DNA of 57,303 bases, the filler included, from Dugesia japonica (Eukaryota): assembly GCA_001938525.1 (NCBI GenBank). It is 5 parts of 5 records of this genome, joined end to end, with 100 filler letters (N's around TTAATTAATTAA, not from the genome) between each part and the next. Parts side by side here need not be neighbours in the genome. Positions count along the whole stretch, not along the records: positions 33,744 to 47,977 come from MQRL01590518.1; positions 48,078 to 57,303 come from MQRL01611143.1; 3 more parts are not named here. One strand, 5' to 3'. The number at the start of each line of letters is the position of its first letter. The stretch's first letter is position 1. Shown piece after piece: positions 38,967-52,292 of the stretch. The position numbers and the translations under genes were made by a program. The notes beneath the pieces are model-generated. The model had not been told where the DNA came from, made no database searches, and saw nothing but the letters and a program-made list of their open reading frames with translations.

Positions 38967-39381
38967 TTACACTTTTACGATGATGAGTTTCTGGGAACTT
39001 GTATGTTCTGCAACACCATCGGGTGTCAATGCCAGAACATGATCTTCAAGATGATCCAACTGCATCCGACTAATTACTTGGTGCGTTACTAAATGAGCGA
39101 CCCTTCCCTTGATTAATTCTATCCCTTGCCGGAGTCTCTCATTTTCCTGCTGACGTCGTTGGAGAGCGGCCTGGGCATAGGCTAATTGCTGCTTAATAAT
39201 CCGATACTTTCCCACCACTTTTCCGCCCCTGTAAAGTAGATCTGTCTTTTCCTTCTCTTATTTCGACCGCTGTTTGTCTAATAATTCAACTGTGTTTCTT
39301 CAAGGAACCCAGAATGTTCCTTCATCACCATCGTTGGTAAGCACCAACGGGATGTGCGGCTGGTAATATTTGGTAATAAAT
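38967..39381 (-). pseudogene. Coiled-coil coding exon with two in-frame stops (cargo in hAT)
   Basis: Acceptor tttaacag|, then FITKYYQPHIPLVL...WVP*...RSK*...QQLAYAQAALQRRQQENERLRQGIELIK... Confidence 0.45.
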
Positions 39382-41654
39382 CTGTTAAATAAAATTATCT
39401 GTTTCGTAGTAAAAAGTTAAAAATAATTCTAAATTAATTATAATGGTAAATAATCCATAAACGCTCCTTCGGCCTGCTGCCTAATATGGCTTCGTCCCCG
39501 CTCCTAACATGCGAACCAGAGAAGATGCCGATTGAGAACCACCATCTTTTCTCGTTGTCATGTTTGCGGAGCTCTCGAAAGATATTCTATGAACGGAGAA
39601 TTTAATGAGCCNATGACATTTATAAACAGAGATTAAAAATATAATTCGTATAGAATTCATGAACAATTTATTTAATTTATGATTGAATAGTTTCTCAGTT
39701 TAAAACTCGAATACTTGTAATTTCGATAAAATAACCGCAAACACAGTGCATATTTATAATGATTATATTTGAGTCTCTTATATAGAAAGGAAAACGAAAT
39801 TATTACACTACTATAAAATTATCAAAAAATTCGTTCTAATTTCTCAACACAGACAATCGATTAATCAAGAATAGACAATAGAAAATTCAAATGGTGGCAA
39901 TGAAACACAACAAAAAAAATAAAAATTTATTAACGTCTAAGTTGTATTAGGATGATCGAGCTCCCAAAGATAGTTATTAATTTGTTGTTCATTTATTTTT
40001 CCATGGCCAAAATTCGCAGAATAATTTCGCCATGTAACCATTCAATGCTTCATTTGGTTCACGATCTCAACCTTAATCAAGTAAATTTCACATCGCAATC
40101 GATAGACCTCCATNCTCTTTTTATTACAAAATAATTTTGCATTATATTCGTTTTATTATCGGTCTCAATTTGCAGAATGATTTCTTGCCATAATAATAGA
40201 CTTTCATTTTCTTTTTACTACAAAATTATTTTGCATTATATTCATCTGATCATCGGTNTCAATTTGTAGGCTGATTTCTGGTCACAACTTTCATTTTCAT
40301 TTTACGACCAAATATTTTGTGCATGGGAGCACGATCTGTCTAGGTTTAGGACATTCAGCAACATGAAAAGGTTAATATTTTATAGTTATCAGTGTATAAA
40401 CCAAAATTTACTTGTCGTTATTATTTGTGTTATCCAAACTTTATCCGAATTTATCAACTGGCAGGAATTGATATAAACTTTTAATAGCAGTAGAAATTAG
40501 AGTTTCGTAGTAAAATTTTTAACAATGATTGTAAATATAACAAAATTAAATTGTAGTTATGATGATTTCTTCTGTGCAAACGAGTTTAATTCCTCGTTTG
40601 CACCACAACTTCGAACTACTCATTNGTCTACCAATCATCTTCTTGCTTTTCGTCTTCCGGGTTTTTGATTGGTTGGTGCATTGCTCTCCTTTGGTGTGCA
40701 ACCTCTTCATTTTCGGTTTGGTGAGAGGTTTCGCGCACACCAACTCACGAATAATCTCTTATCATTATTCACCTCGTATGACCTTTGATGACGGATTTTA
40801 GTTACCACCGATATTCTTTATCTGGTTTAGGGTGATTCGCGGATTTTGTTATTAAATTTGAACTTAACTCACTCTAACCAAACAATGACTGGACCAAATT
40901 ATTTCTTTAATTCAGAAATAATATTAAACGTTGAATAGCGTTATTGTAGTAATGAAATAGGGTCATAGAGGCCCCTTTAATAATTTATTATATTATAGTA
41001 TATTAGTTTTATTATTTAATACATAATTTCCTTTCAGCTCAAATGGTTTTCGCTACCATATGACGAAATTTGAGTCTTCTACGCCCGATTTCGGATTTTC
41101 GACATTTTCCAAAATTAATTCATAATAATTATAATAATAATAATAATTACATAATAATAATGATAATCCTGTATATAATAATCAATAATCTGGTCCAGAC
41201 CATCAACTTCGTGTTCACTCTTCATTATTTTTTTTGGAAACTTTTACCACTCGTTATACTTTTATTGCTTCAACAATTTTTGTGTTCTAGCCCAACANAG
41301 CTAATAATAACAAAAATATATGGCAAATAAAAACTGACGCCCCAAAAGGCTTGAGCCCTGGAGTTATAGCCAATTCAGTCCTGTGGTTAGGGCGGCCCTG
41401 ATCGTCACAATAAGAATATTTTGTTTTAATACATTTTAATTATAAACAATAATCAAAAACAAATTTATTAATATTATTATTATTTCATAAAAAAAATATA
41501 TAAAAATCTTAACTGAATAATATTGTTCACCATTCACAAAACAAAGTATAAAAAATGACTCATTTATGTACTTCTAGCAATTTTTTCTTAGATCATTAGA
41601 ATCGTCTAATTTTGAAACAATGAATTACTTTCATAATAAGCGTATGGTATATTG

Positions 41655-42012
41655 CAGAGATGGGGAACCTGGGACCTTTGTGATTTTTTTGTGTGGACTC
41701 CATAAAAGCTAGTATTGTATTAATTGATTATATTTGATTTAATGTACGCAAATATCTTACTGAATTAAATTATATTAGTTTTCTATTCTGTTTCTTTATA
41801 ATAAATTTATTTAAAAATACTAATTCTACTTTATTATTATTCTTATTTTAATTGGTATTTAAATATAAAAATAGTTGCTAATTTACAGAAATGATAACTA
41901 CACAAAAATTGAAATAATAATTTCATAAAAGTACATTTAAAGGTCAACATATCAACCAATGCGGTCTCCTTCATTACAGCCTGATTAAGAGTAAAAAGGT
42001 TCCCCATCTCTG
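41655..42012. mobile_element. hAT-type MITE (358 bp)
   Basis: Perfect 16-bp TIR CAGAGATGGGGAACCT. 8-bp TSD GTATATTG/GTTTATTG (1 mismatch). Confidence 0.9.
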
Positions 42013-42047
42013 GTTTATTGCATATTTCCTACAGTTAACATTAATGA

Positions 42048-42118
42048 ATTACACGCAAGATTGCATTTCGATCAGTACATTTGTACACAAGCTTGTTCGG
42101 CGGGTGTTAATGGGTTAA
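42048..42118 (+). mobile_element. Solo piggyBac-like right end
   Basis: Ends gtgttaatggg-TTAA. Its start (acacgcaagattg) matches 45468-45480 in the piggyBac relic. Confidence 0.5.
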
Positions 42119-42548
42119 TAAAACTAAATTTTATTTTATCTATTTATTTCTTTTTAAATAGAGAAAAACTATATTTTCAACAACACAAAATTAAATTTTA
42201 TCACTTTCCAATCATTATGTGTGTGTATGTGCATCGTACAATCGAATACACTATCATAAGTTTAAGAGCTACAATGTTTAATATTGTAAGTTCTTTATTA
42301 TTAAAAATTTTTGTATTTTTTAATTTTATTTTATCTAAATTAATTTTTAATGGATTTTAAGTTAAAATTTTTAGATGACAATAATTATATGACAATTTTA
42401 GATAAATTTTAGATCAATTTTTAGATAAAAATTTATAGAGAAGAAAAAAACGAAGAAATTATATATTTATTTAAAAATATCTTTCAGCAGCAAACATTTA
42501 GGGTAAAAATATTTAATGTTATTATAATAAGGCTTTAGTGAATTATTT

Positions 42549-43630
42549 TTATCCAATTTTGTCCAAATCCAAATTGTTTGTCAGAAGTTTTCTTAGTTTT
42601 GATTTGAATTGGGAAAAATAATTTTCTATTGGGTTCAAGAAAGGGCTATATGGTGGTAGATGAAGAACTTTATGATTTTCTGTTGTTGTCAGCGCATTCT
42701 TGTGGATAGATGCATTATCGTGAATAAAGTAATATTCACTNNNNNNNNNNNNNNNNNNNNNNNNNNNNNNNNNNNNNNNNNNNNNNNNNNAAAAATAATT
42801 TTCTATTGGGTTCAGGAAAGGACTATATGGTGGTAGATGAAGAACTTTATGATTTTCTGTTGTTGTCAGCGCATAGTTGTGGATAGATGCACTATACTGA
42901 ATAAAGTAATATTCACTTGCATCCAATTTTAAAGATAGGTCATGAATAAATTTCATGTAGAGCACTTGGTTGACAGACCCTTGATGAACCAAATGATGAA
43001 TTGGACCTTTTTTTCCAATCGTCATTATGATGGATATATTCTGGCCACGCTGAGTTGGTACCTGAATATATGCATTGTCGCCACTGAGACGTCTTCCTCT
43101 TAATCGTTGGGTCCACACATTGCAATAGGTCTCGTCTATATATATGCATTGACTTGACCGTATTTTGTCCTCGAAAAAGTTTTCCACATATTCTTTCCTT
43201 AGATATTTTACTCGATCAGAAGTTTTTTCAACAACAGAATATCGTAACTTCTTGATCGTATAAAATCTGTTCTTCAAAAAGGCCAATATGGTTGTTGTCG
43301 ATGTATCCAGACCTTTTTCTTGGAAAAACAGTTTCATTTCTTCCAAGGTCATGTAGTTTTTTTTATCGATTTCGTCTAATAATTGGTCCCCCATTTCTTC
43401 ATTAATAATTTATTTTCTGTGCCCACCATGTTTTCCTTTCGAAATTGAACCCGTCTTATTATATTTAAAATATGATTTTTGATTTATTTTAAATAAAATA
43501 ATTTAAATTTCACTTCGAGATAATATTTCTTAAAGAGCCGAAATTCACATTTAGAATTTCGCTGACAGATTTCAAATCTCTGCCCTCTTCAAAAGCTTTT
43601 ATGGTCCGTTAGTTTTTTATAGCAGAAATC
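42549..43630 (-). mobile_element. Tc1/IS630-like DDE transposase (DD30E spacing), degenerate
   Basis: YIDET...HDNASIH...LPPYSPFLNPIENYFS. An N-terminal HTH-like part (DLKSVSEILNVNFGSLRNII...KHGGHRK) lies upstream of the listed ORF. Confidence 0.88.
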
Positions 43631-44936
43631 CTGTTAAAATATAATAAATATGAATTAAAAATGAAAGAATTACTTTGAACGGATTTTTGNNNNNNNNNNN
43701 NNNNNNNNNNNNNNNNNNNNNNNNNNNNNNNNNNNNNNNNNNNNNNNNNNNNNNNNNNNNNNNNNNNNNNNNNNNNNNNTTGTAATTCATATGTAAAATT
43801 TTTAAAATTGTAGCTGTTAAAGTTTTAAAAACTTAGTTATTTTTTGAAAAAAAGTGTGTATGTATGTGTGTACTTGCTGTGTGTTTGTTTATTTTTCCAT
43901 CTTTTACAGATTTTAATATTAAATCCACTTGTTAAACTTGTAAGATTTTATGTATTTAATTTAATTTTCTTATATTATAGGGATCCAATTAAAATCAAGC
44001 AATTTATTATCAGGTCAGAATTTGATTGTCACTATTCACTTCTTAAACTTTTTTTAGTGTAGAAGATTTTATATAATACAAATCATATTTACATTTTTCT
44101 CATAATACGAAAGTGAAACTTTTGTGCATTACACGACTGCTCGATTGTGCTGCAGCAAAGTTAGAATTCATCTGTAAATTTATATCCATTAAACTGAAAT
44201 ACTAATTATTTTGAAAAATTATTCATATAAGCCAATAATTAAGATCTGTATAGCTGAAAATTTACGAGATATATCACCAATAAGAGCTATTGAAGATATG
44301 AANNNNNNNNNNNNNNNNNNNNNNNNNNNNNNNNNNNNNNNNNNNNNNNNNNNNNNNNNNNNNNNNNNNNNNNNNNNNNNNNNNNNNNNNNNNNNNNNNN
44401 NNNNNNNNNNNNNNNNNNNNNNNNNNNNNNNNNNNNNNNNNNNNNNNNNNNNNNNNNNNNNNNNNNNNNNNNNNNNNNNNNNNNNNNNNNNNNNNNNNNN
44501 NNNNNNNNNNNNNNNNNNNNNNNNNNNNNNNNNNNNNNNNNNNNNNNNNAATGCGCGTCTTCTCATATAATAGATTATGTTCCTTTGTGATTATTCACTT
44601 CTTCTTTTAATAAGCCTTTTCTGCAGATAAACTGGACATTAGCAAGTTGAAAAACAATTGTTTTATAGAACTATTATTTTAACGGACAATCCGTTGAAAT
44701 ATAATAGTAAATTTCGTATGCGTTGATTTTATGAATGTTTTAAAGCTTAAGAAATAAAAAAAATCAAATATTAAACTAGAGAAAATATAAACTTATTTAG
44801 AATTTTTATTCGTTTTTATATTTTAAAATAAATATTGAAGTGATAAAAATAATTTTAAAAAATTTATTTTAATAATTTTAATCATATTCAATTCCCAATT
44901 GAATAATTTCTGTTATTCTTTTTTATTAATTCTAGA

Positions 44937-45480
44937 TTAACCTCTTAACCTACATGCTCGAGTTAACTAGAAATAATTCGAGTGGCGTCGTTTTTTATGC
45001 TTCTGTAATTTTTGTATTCGAATAAATTCGAGAAATGCAAGCAACAATATGAAAGCGAAGAAGAAAAATTTGTTTTAATGATATTTTTTTCATTTACTTA
45101 CGTATTGTAAGTTATAACATCCGTTTATTTAAGGATAATATGTAGGCTTTTATTAAATGAACATGTTATTTCAAGACAATGTTTAAATCCAGTCAATAAA
45201 AACGAAGNNNNNNNNNNNNNNNNNNNNNNNNNNNNNNNNNNNNNNNNNNNNNNNNNNNNNNNNNNNNNNNNNNNNNNNNNNNNNNNNNNNNNNNNNNNNN
45301 NNNNGATATGTGCTGACACCTTGCTATGAAATATATCATACAAAAGAAAACTTTTAAAATAAATATTATAATTACTTTTGTTGAAAAAGTAAAAATAAAT
45401 ATTTTTACAGATAAAAAGGTTTTTTATAAAACAGCAATACGAAAATGAAAATAGGAAAGGTTGGTGTACATGCAAGATTG
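44937..45480 (+). mobile_element. Internally deleted piggyBac element
   Basis: Left end TTAA-CCTCTTAACC. TPCYEIYHTKENF* at ~45315-45357 matches the piggyBac C-terminal Cys-rich end PCF.IYH. The right end is probably in the N gap. Confidence 0.6.
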
Positions 45481-47977
45481 NNNNNNNNNNNNNNNNNNNN
45501 NNNNNNNNNNNNNNNNNNNNNNNNNNNNNNNNNNNNNNNNNNNNNNNNNNNNNNNNNNNNNNNNNNNNNNNNNNNNNNNNNNNNNNNNNNNNNNNNNNNN
45601 NNNNNNNNNNNNNNNNNNNNNTTGATAATGCACAAACCCGTAAAAAAGCTAATAGAAAAAATTAATTAAAACGTCATTTGCTGTCAATATTTGTGTACTT
45701 TAAACACGTCAATTAATACTAATCTGTGTTATATTTTTAATTATATTTAATTAGTAAAAACGCAATGATAACATTGTTACTAAATATAAATTATGTTATT
45801 ATATAAAATGTTAAAACTTAATTAATTTAATTAATTTAAATAATTTTTAATTTTCATTTGGATATTTTTATTTCCGACATTAATTAAAAATTTTTGAATC
45901 GTATTAATTTATGTATCTTAATTAATCATAACTTTTCATCAATGAAAACGAAAAACAACAGATTCAAATACTTGGTTAGTTTTATATTTTTGTTTTAATT
46001 TTTGAAATTTTTTTCTTTCTTTGAATATTTGAAAGGTTTTGTACAATGAAACCATTTTGGATTCATACAATGTTTAATATCTAATTCCAATGTTTAAATT
46101 ACACGAAACTGTGAAAGAAAACAGCCGAATAGTTAATGGTAGCTTATATTTTATTTGAACAGGCTGATTAAACCCATCTAGACTAAAATTCTCCTTGAAA
46201 ATTCTTTAAAGTTCCTTTGCATATACCGCTTATATATGTGTGTGTTATAATAAACGTTTTTATTAATTTAAAAATAATTAAAAGTTAGAAATAATAAATC
46301 ATAATCAGATGGTTCACAATACTATACTATTTTCAAAGACACACAACTGATACTCGAATCAATATTTTACAAAACCCCTTAAAAACTCTATAAAACTTTC
46401 TAAACAGTCATTAATGTTTAGATACCAGTGGATAGAGAATTAAAGATTATCTATGCATTACCAAAGGGATTAGTTTCGAATGTCGAAATTTTAAATTTTC
46501 TATGATTACTTATTTTTTACTATTTTATTGTATTAAATAATTCGTTTATTACAAATTTCCAGTAAAATTGCTCTAGCATTTGTAATTCTGGTATAATTTA
46601 GACAAATAAAATATATTTCGTAACGTAATTAGACTACAAATAGTTCTATGATATTGTTAATATCGATTATCAAAAAATGTTTAGAGAAAGTTTTTATTAC
46701 TACTATGAATGTTTTGATGCCATCAGATATAAAATTAAAAACTACCTATATATTGTCTAAAAAACTGGTATCGATTATTCTTTTTAATGATGAAATTGCT
46801 ATATTAGATTATTCGCATTTATTTACATATGTATTGAATTGGTAATTTATTTACACTTACATAATAAATTACTTTTAGTAATTATTTGTATTTTTTCATC
46901 TACTATGATAGATTTCATAGACCTCTAATATATATTCGAAAAATTTCAGAAACATCTATTAATGATTTCATTTTGCACATGTATTACACATGTTTGAAAT
47001 AAAGTTTCATGAAGCGTTGCTGGACTTTAGTATGAAACTACCTTGGTTTCTTGTGTTAAATTCAATTTGTCCAGACTAATTCAGCAGATTATTAACTGGA
47101 ATAAATTGACGTGTTATCAGATATGTTATAATACTATACTATATTATCAATGCGTCCTCGAGTTGACTTTGATATCAAAAGCATGAACATTTGATAATAT
47201 ATCCCTTCTTTGTTTGTTTGTGTTTCTGAATGCAAAATGAATGCAATTTAGGCGCAGACAAAACAAAGACCATAAGTCCTACATTATAAATTCTTCAATC
47301 AGGAAAGAATAAAATTTTTTCTAAACCACTTGTTATTTGTTGATAAGGGATGAAAGGGTTGGCTCAAATCGCTCATATTAACCTACTACAGTTAGTAATA
47401 CATTTATTGATTTTTCTACAAATACTTTGAATATTCCTATGGTATTTTGTGAATATATTGCATTTATAAAAGTTTTGATTGTAAAAGAATATTAAAAATT
47501 TTAAATTACAAATCACACGCCCACGCACAAATATATATATATTATTTGTTTATTTATTCATTCATTTTCTTCCCAGTCGTTAATATTTCAAAATAAACTT
47601 TGTTGTTAAGACGCCGAATTGTTAAAAATAAAATACAGAAAAATTTTTCAATGTTTATTTAATAGATTTAAAAAAAAAAAATTTTTAATTGGTCTTCATA
47701 ACGGATGTGAATATGACATATTTGTTTCTATATTTAGACTGAAATTATTATTTACCATTCAAAGTTTATTTTGTACATTTTTTGTTAATCTTGAATTTAT
47801 TACTTTTTAAATTTTAATTTAGATAATTTTATAATCGAATTATGATGAAAATTGTTGTAATCGATTTGGAAATATTTATTTATCACTTTTTTTCTGAAAA
47901 GCGAATTGATAAATATGAGGTTAAAAAGGTTGGTAAGTTTTTAGTTTTAATTAAAAATTTAAGGATATATTTGAAAA

Positions 47978-48077
47978 NNNNNNNNNNNNNNNNNNNNNNN
48001 NNNNNNNNNNNNNNNNNNNNNTTAATTAATTAANNNNNNNNNNNNNNNNNNNNNNNNNNNNNNNNNNNNNNNNNNNN
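47978..48077. other. Artificial assembly linker
   Basis: Same 100-bp structure. Confidence 0.95.
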
Positions 48078-48106
48078 TTTATATTTATATTGTTCTGTTA
48101 TAACAG

Positions 48107-48237
48107 GAAAATATTGATACTGCTGCTGACGATAATTCGAATAATATGAAATCTCTTGAATTTTGGCATAGACTTATTACTTTGGTAGTTTCAATTATTG
48201 AAGAAGATAAGAAAAGTTATGGACCAGTATTAAATCA
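48107..48237 (+). CDS. unc-13: Unc-13/Munc13 internal exon (MUN domain)
   Basis: Acceptor taacag| and donor |gtaagt. Translates [43 protein letters not shown](Q), matching Munc13 '[28 protein letters not shown]'. Ends in phase 2, compatible with the next exon. Confidence 0.93.
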
Positions 48238-50001
48238 GTAAGTGAGCAGATTTTTTAAAAAATTAAATGATAATCGAATGTCAGAAACTAATAATTTGTA
48301 CAAAAGTTATTAATTCAAAGATTAATTCAAACCAATTCACATAAATTTATATTAACAAAATGTTTTAATAAAAAATGCTTTAAGAAAACTAGTTTCAGCA
48401 CAAATTAATGTAAAATAACTTTCTAAAAGTCAAATATAAATCTATGAAATATTGTAAAATTTAAATAAAATTGTATTATAATTATTTTTTAAGTTTATAA
48501 ATCTTATTTTAATTTTATAAATTGAGTANTTTTTATAGCTACATGGTTACTTATACAGCATCAGACAGAATTTCAACGTATCACTCATATTACTCTAACT
48601 TATTTGTACAGTTTTAGGATATCACTTCTTTGTTTTTTACTAAAATAATAAAAATTATTATGAAATAATAAATATTCCAATATTGAATTTTTAAATATCA
48701 GTTATTATTAACTATCCTTAATATTCACTATTCTTGAATGATAGTCTTCATTTTATGTTTTATCTGTTAATTGGAATTGAATTATTCTAATGACAATTTT
48801 TTTTATTATGGACTAGACTAATTGAAAAAATGTAAAATGTAGTTTAGTACAATAATCTTATTATAATCTTTAAAAGGTTTCTTTGATATTTAATTTTCTA
48901 TAAGCTTCATAAATAAAAAAATTGAAATTCAAAATAATTGTTTTAATAATTTTCTATTGAAAACATTCAAGTAAATTAGTCAAATAACACTCTTAGATGA
49001 GTTTGAAGTACTCGTCGGGTAATTAATGTCACAACTCGTTTCCATAAAACATTTATTCACAAAACGAAACAATAATCATCACTATTTGTTTATTCAAACA
49101 AATTAAAACTCTCGTCTAAATGGGAATCATTTTTCAATAAATTTAAAATTTTTGTTTAAATTTTCATTTAAAATAATTTTGAAAATTCAAATAAAATAAT
49201 CAAAATCTNATTTAAAATCTCTCCAAAAATTCCAATAAAATAATCATTTGTATTCAAAATCTCAATTAAAATTCTTTCGAAATTTTAAAATAAACCACTC
49301 ATTTGTTATTAAAATCTTATTTAAAATTCTAAAAATCTACAATAAATTGTGTACAAAAAATATTTAAATTAATCATTAAACTATTCATAATTTTTGTACA
49401 AAAAATTTAATTTAATTTACTTTAATTTCTGAATTAATTTCTGACTTTCAATTTTAATAAAAAGATTTTAAGAAATTGATTTCCAACCAAAGCACAAAAA
49501 TTTCANNNNNNNNNNNNNNNNNNNNNNNNNNNNNNNNNNNNNNNNNNNNNNNNNNATTTAAAATCTCTCCAAAAATTCCAATAAAATAATCATTTGTATT
49601 CAAAATCTCAATTAAAATTCTTTCGAAATTTTAAAATAAACCACTCATTTGTTATTAAAATCTTATTTAAAATTCTAAAAATCTACAATAAATTGTGTAC
49701 AAAAAATATTTAAATTAATCNNNNNNNNNNNNNNNNNNNNNNNNNNNNNNNNNNNNNNNNNNNNNNNNNNNNNNNNNAATTAATTTCTGACTTTCAATTT
49801 TAATAAAAAGATTTTAAGAAATTGATTTCCAACCAAAGCACAAAAATTTCAACTTGCTTTTCAAAACATATTCACAATCACATTCTTATTTGAATAGCTT
49901 TGAAGATATTTTATTCATTTAACTTGTAACTAGAATTTATTAGAGAATTATTTCAATATCTTTTAATACATTTTAAAATGAAACTTCTGATTCTTCTTTA
50001 G

Positions 50002-50214
50002 ATTTCCTCAGGAAGTCAATATTGGACACATTAGTTCAGCTTGTATGTGGCAGAGATTTGGGGAAGATTTAAAAGCATCATTAGAACAACACGTTCAAGC
50101 TAAACCTTGTAAATCCTCCGACTACATGAATTTATTGTTTAAAGCTAAATGGTTCTATAATAAATACATTTCTGATGTGCCGACATTCAAATCCGTAGTT
50201 CCTGACTATCCAAG
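50002..50214 (+). CDS. unc-13: Unc-13/Munc13 internal exon
   Basis: Acceptor tttag| and donor |gtataa. Translates (Q)FPQEVNIGHISSACMWQRFGEDLKASLEQH...DYMNLLFKAKWFYNKY...VPDYP(R), matching Munc13 FPQELNVG/DYMNLHFKVKW. Confidence 0.95.
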
Positions 50215-50257
50215 GTATAATCATTAAATATTTATTTCTGGTTTATTTTGATTGTAG

Positions 50258-50498
50258 ATGGTTTGAACCTTTTATTATGCAGTGGTTAAATGAAAATGAT
50301 GATGTCAGTATGGATTATTTAAGAAATGCTTATGAAAGAGACAGAACAGATGGATTTGAATTGTCAAGTGACCAATCACGATTTTCTACGTCTGTGGTTG
50401 ATGTTTTTACACAACTCAGTCAATGCCTTGAAGTATTGAGAAAATTAGAATGCCCAGATTCTCAAATACAAGCAAATTTTATGCAAAGATTCTCAGCG
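50258..50498 (+). CDS. unc-13: Unc-13/Munc13 internal exon
   Basis: Follows a 43-bp GT-AG intron (50215-50257). Translates WFEPFIMQWLNENDDVSMDYLRNAYERD...SVVDVFTQL...LECPD...FMQRFSA, a conserved Munc13 block. Donor gtttgt, phase 0. Confidence 0.95.
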
Positions 50499-52292
50499 GT
50501 TTGTTTTAATAATTATTCAATAATTTTTAATAAATACTTATCATTCAAATCTACAATTTTTTTCTAAAGATAAATTCAAAAATTGTTATAAGTTTGCAGC
50601 AACTTTATTTAGGCAGAAATAAAATCAAACTCACCTTTTAAACAATAAAACTTGTTTTAAAAACGTTGAAGATTGAAAGTTTAAAAAATATTGCAACGAT
50701 CTTCTTCTTTAAGTTTAAATGATATAGATAGTGTTTTTCAAGTCAATATGAAATATGAATTAATAGTAACAGATATTGAAAGTATTTATTAGCTTTTCAA
50801 ATGTATACTTTTAAAATAAAATAGAAAAAATCAATTTATTTATTTTTTGTAAAAATGTGCAGTCATTTAAAATTGTATTTATAAAGTTTGATAAATTTTT
50901 ATTTTTATATTAAATCATGTTATTGTTAAAAATTTTTTTATCCATTTTTGTGTGTTGATGTGTTTGTGTTTGTTTGTGGCAATAGTAATATAAAAAAACT
51001 TCGATATTTTTAATTAAATTGTTAGTTAATAAAATTTGATTATAAATTAAATAATCGATTATCGGATTCGTGAGATTAGTATTAAAAACAGTAAAGTGAA
51101 CATTATAAAAATTCTAAACATCGATTTGTGTGAAAATGTAAAAGCTCAAGTTATAAAGTTATTTTAAACGAGAATCGTTAATATTATTTAAAAATTCATA
51201 TTATTTTATATTTTTTCATTTTTTTTTATTTTTTATATTTAATATTTTATATTTGATTAATTTAGAAAATTGAAACCATATCAATTGATTATATTTATTG
51301 TAAATAGAAAATAATTTTATTTTTTTCTTTAAAACTTACTTTATGAAAATATTTAATTTTTANNNNNNNNNNNNNNNNNNNNNNNNNNNNNNNNNNNNNN
51401 NNNNNNNNNNNNNNNNNNNNNNNNATTTTATTTTGCTACCTTGTTATTAGAAATTTTAGTAAACAAAAGCAAAAGGAGACTGTGATATCATCATCTATTG
51501 TTTTTTTAGATCAATTAATTGATAGTTTTATTAAAACCTAAAAAATTTTACATTGTCAAATTTAAATTAAAATTTTCTAACCTATTTGTAAAGCTATTTT
51601 TTTCTTCATTTTATATCATCTTATATTATAATTATTTATTTTATTTTTCGTAGTTACATTATTACACGTAATACTGGTAAATTTGTTCAATATAAACAGT
51701 CGAATCAAAAAACAAACTAATTGTTTTTTTTAATTTTATTTTACATAAATAGCTTTTGGTTTTCAAATATTTTTAATGCTTTCTAATTGACTTTCTTAGT
51801 TTGTTCATAAAAAATCTTTTTCGCCTCAGATCGGAGTTTAAAGGCTTTATTTTAGTTGAATAAATTATCAGTTTCTAAATGAAAATTTGCATATAAAACT
51901 AACATAATTAAATGAAAAAGTAAATTCAATGCAGTTAATTTAACTGCTATTTCTCTAAACCTTCTTTTTTGTGTATTCGATCTCATTATATCTGTAATGT
52001 ATTCACTTCATTGTTAGTGATTCAAATACTACTAGATTTTATAAATATGGAAATATTCGTGTGAAAATATAATTTAATTTTAATTACTTTATTCAATTTT
52101 ATTTAAGTTGACTGTTGACAAGGTTTCATATCATAATTTTGAAAATTTAACCACCAATTTAGAAATTTTCATAATTAATTGATACATGTTATTGATACAT
52201 TGATACATTTTAAGTTTTGTGTGGTTGTGATTATTTTATAAAAACTAGAATTATTATTTTAGAAATATTTGATTACATTTGTCAGGAACATA

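Larger units (their letters stand above)
37617..41400 (-). mobile_element. Internally rearranged hAT transposon (3784 bp) carrying non-transposase cargo
   Basis: Exact 8-bp TSD ATCGTCAC (37609-37616 and 41401-41408). Imperfect TIRs CAGGGCAGTCTTAA / TTAGGGCGGCCCTG. hAT dimerisation-domain remnant FKDLSILSTERDLFDNLNTSDIIDQFA at ~37880-37985 (-). Confidence 0.85.

Noticed and set aside
48990-49123. Short imperfect inverted repeat (ttagatgag / ctcgtctaa)
   Set aside because: Too short and no TSD; could be chance.
49207-49852. ~295-bp direct duplication in an unc-13 intron
   Set aside because: The copies are identical and separated by an N gap, which is the signature of an overlapping-contig artefact.
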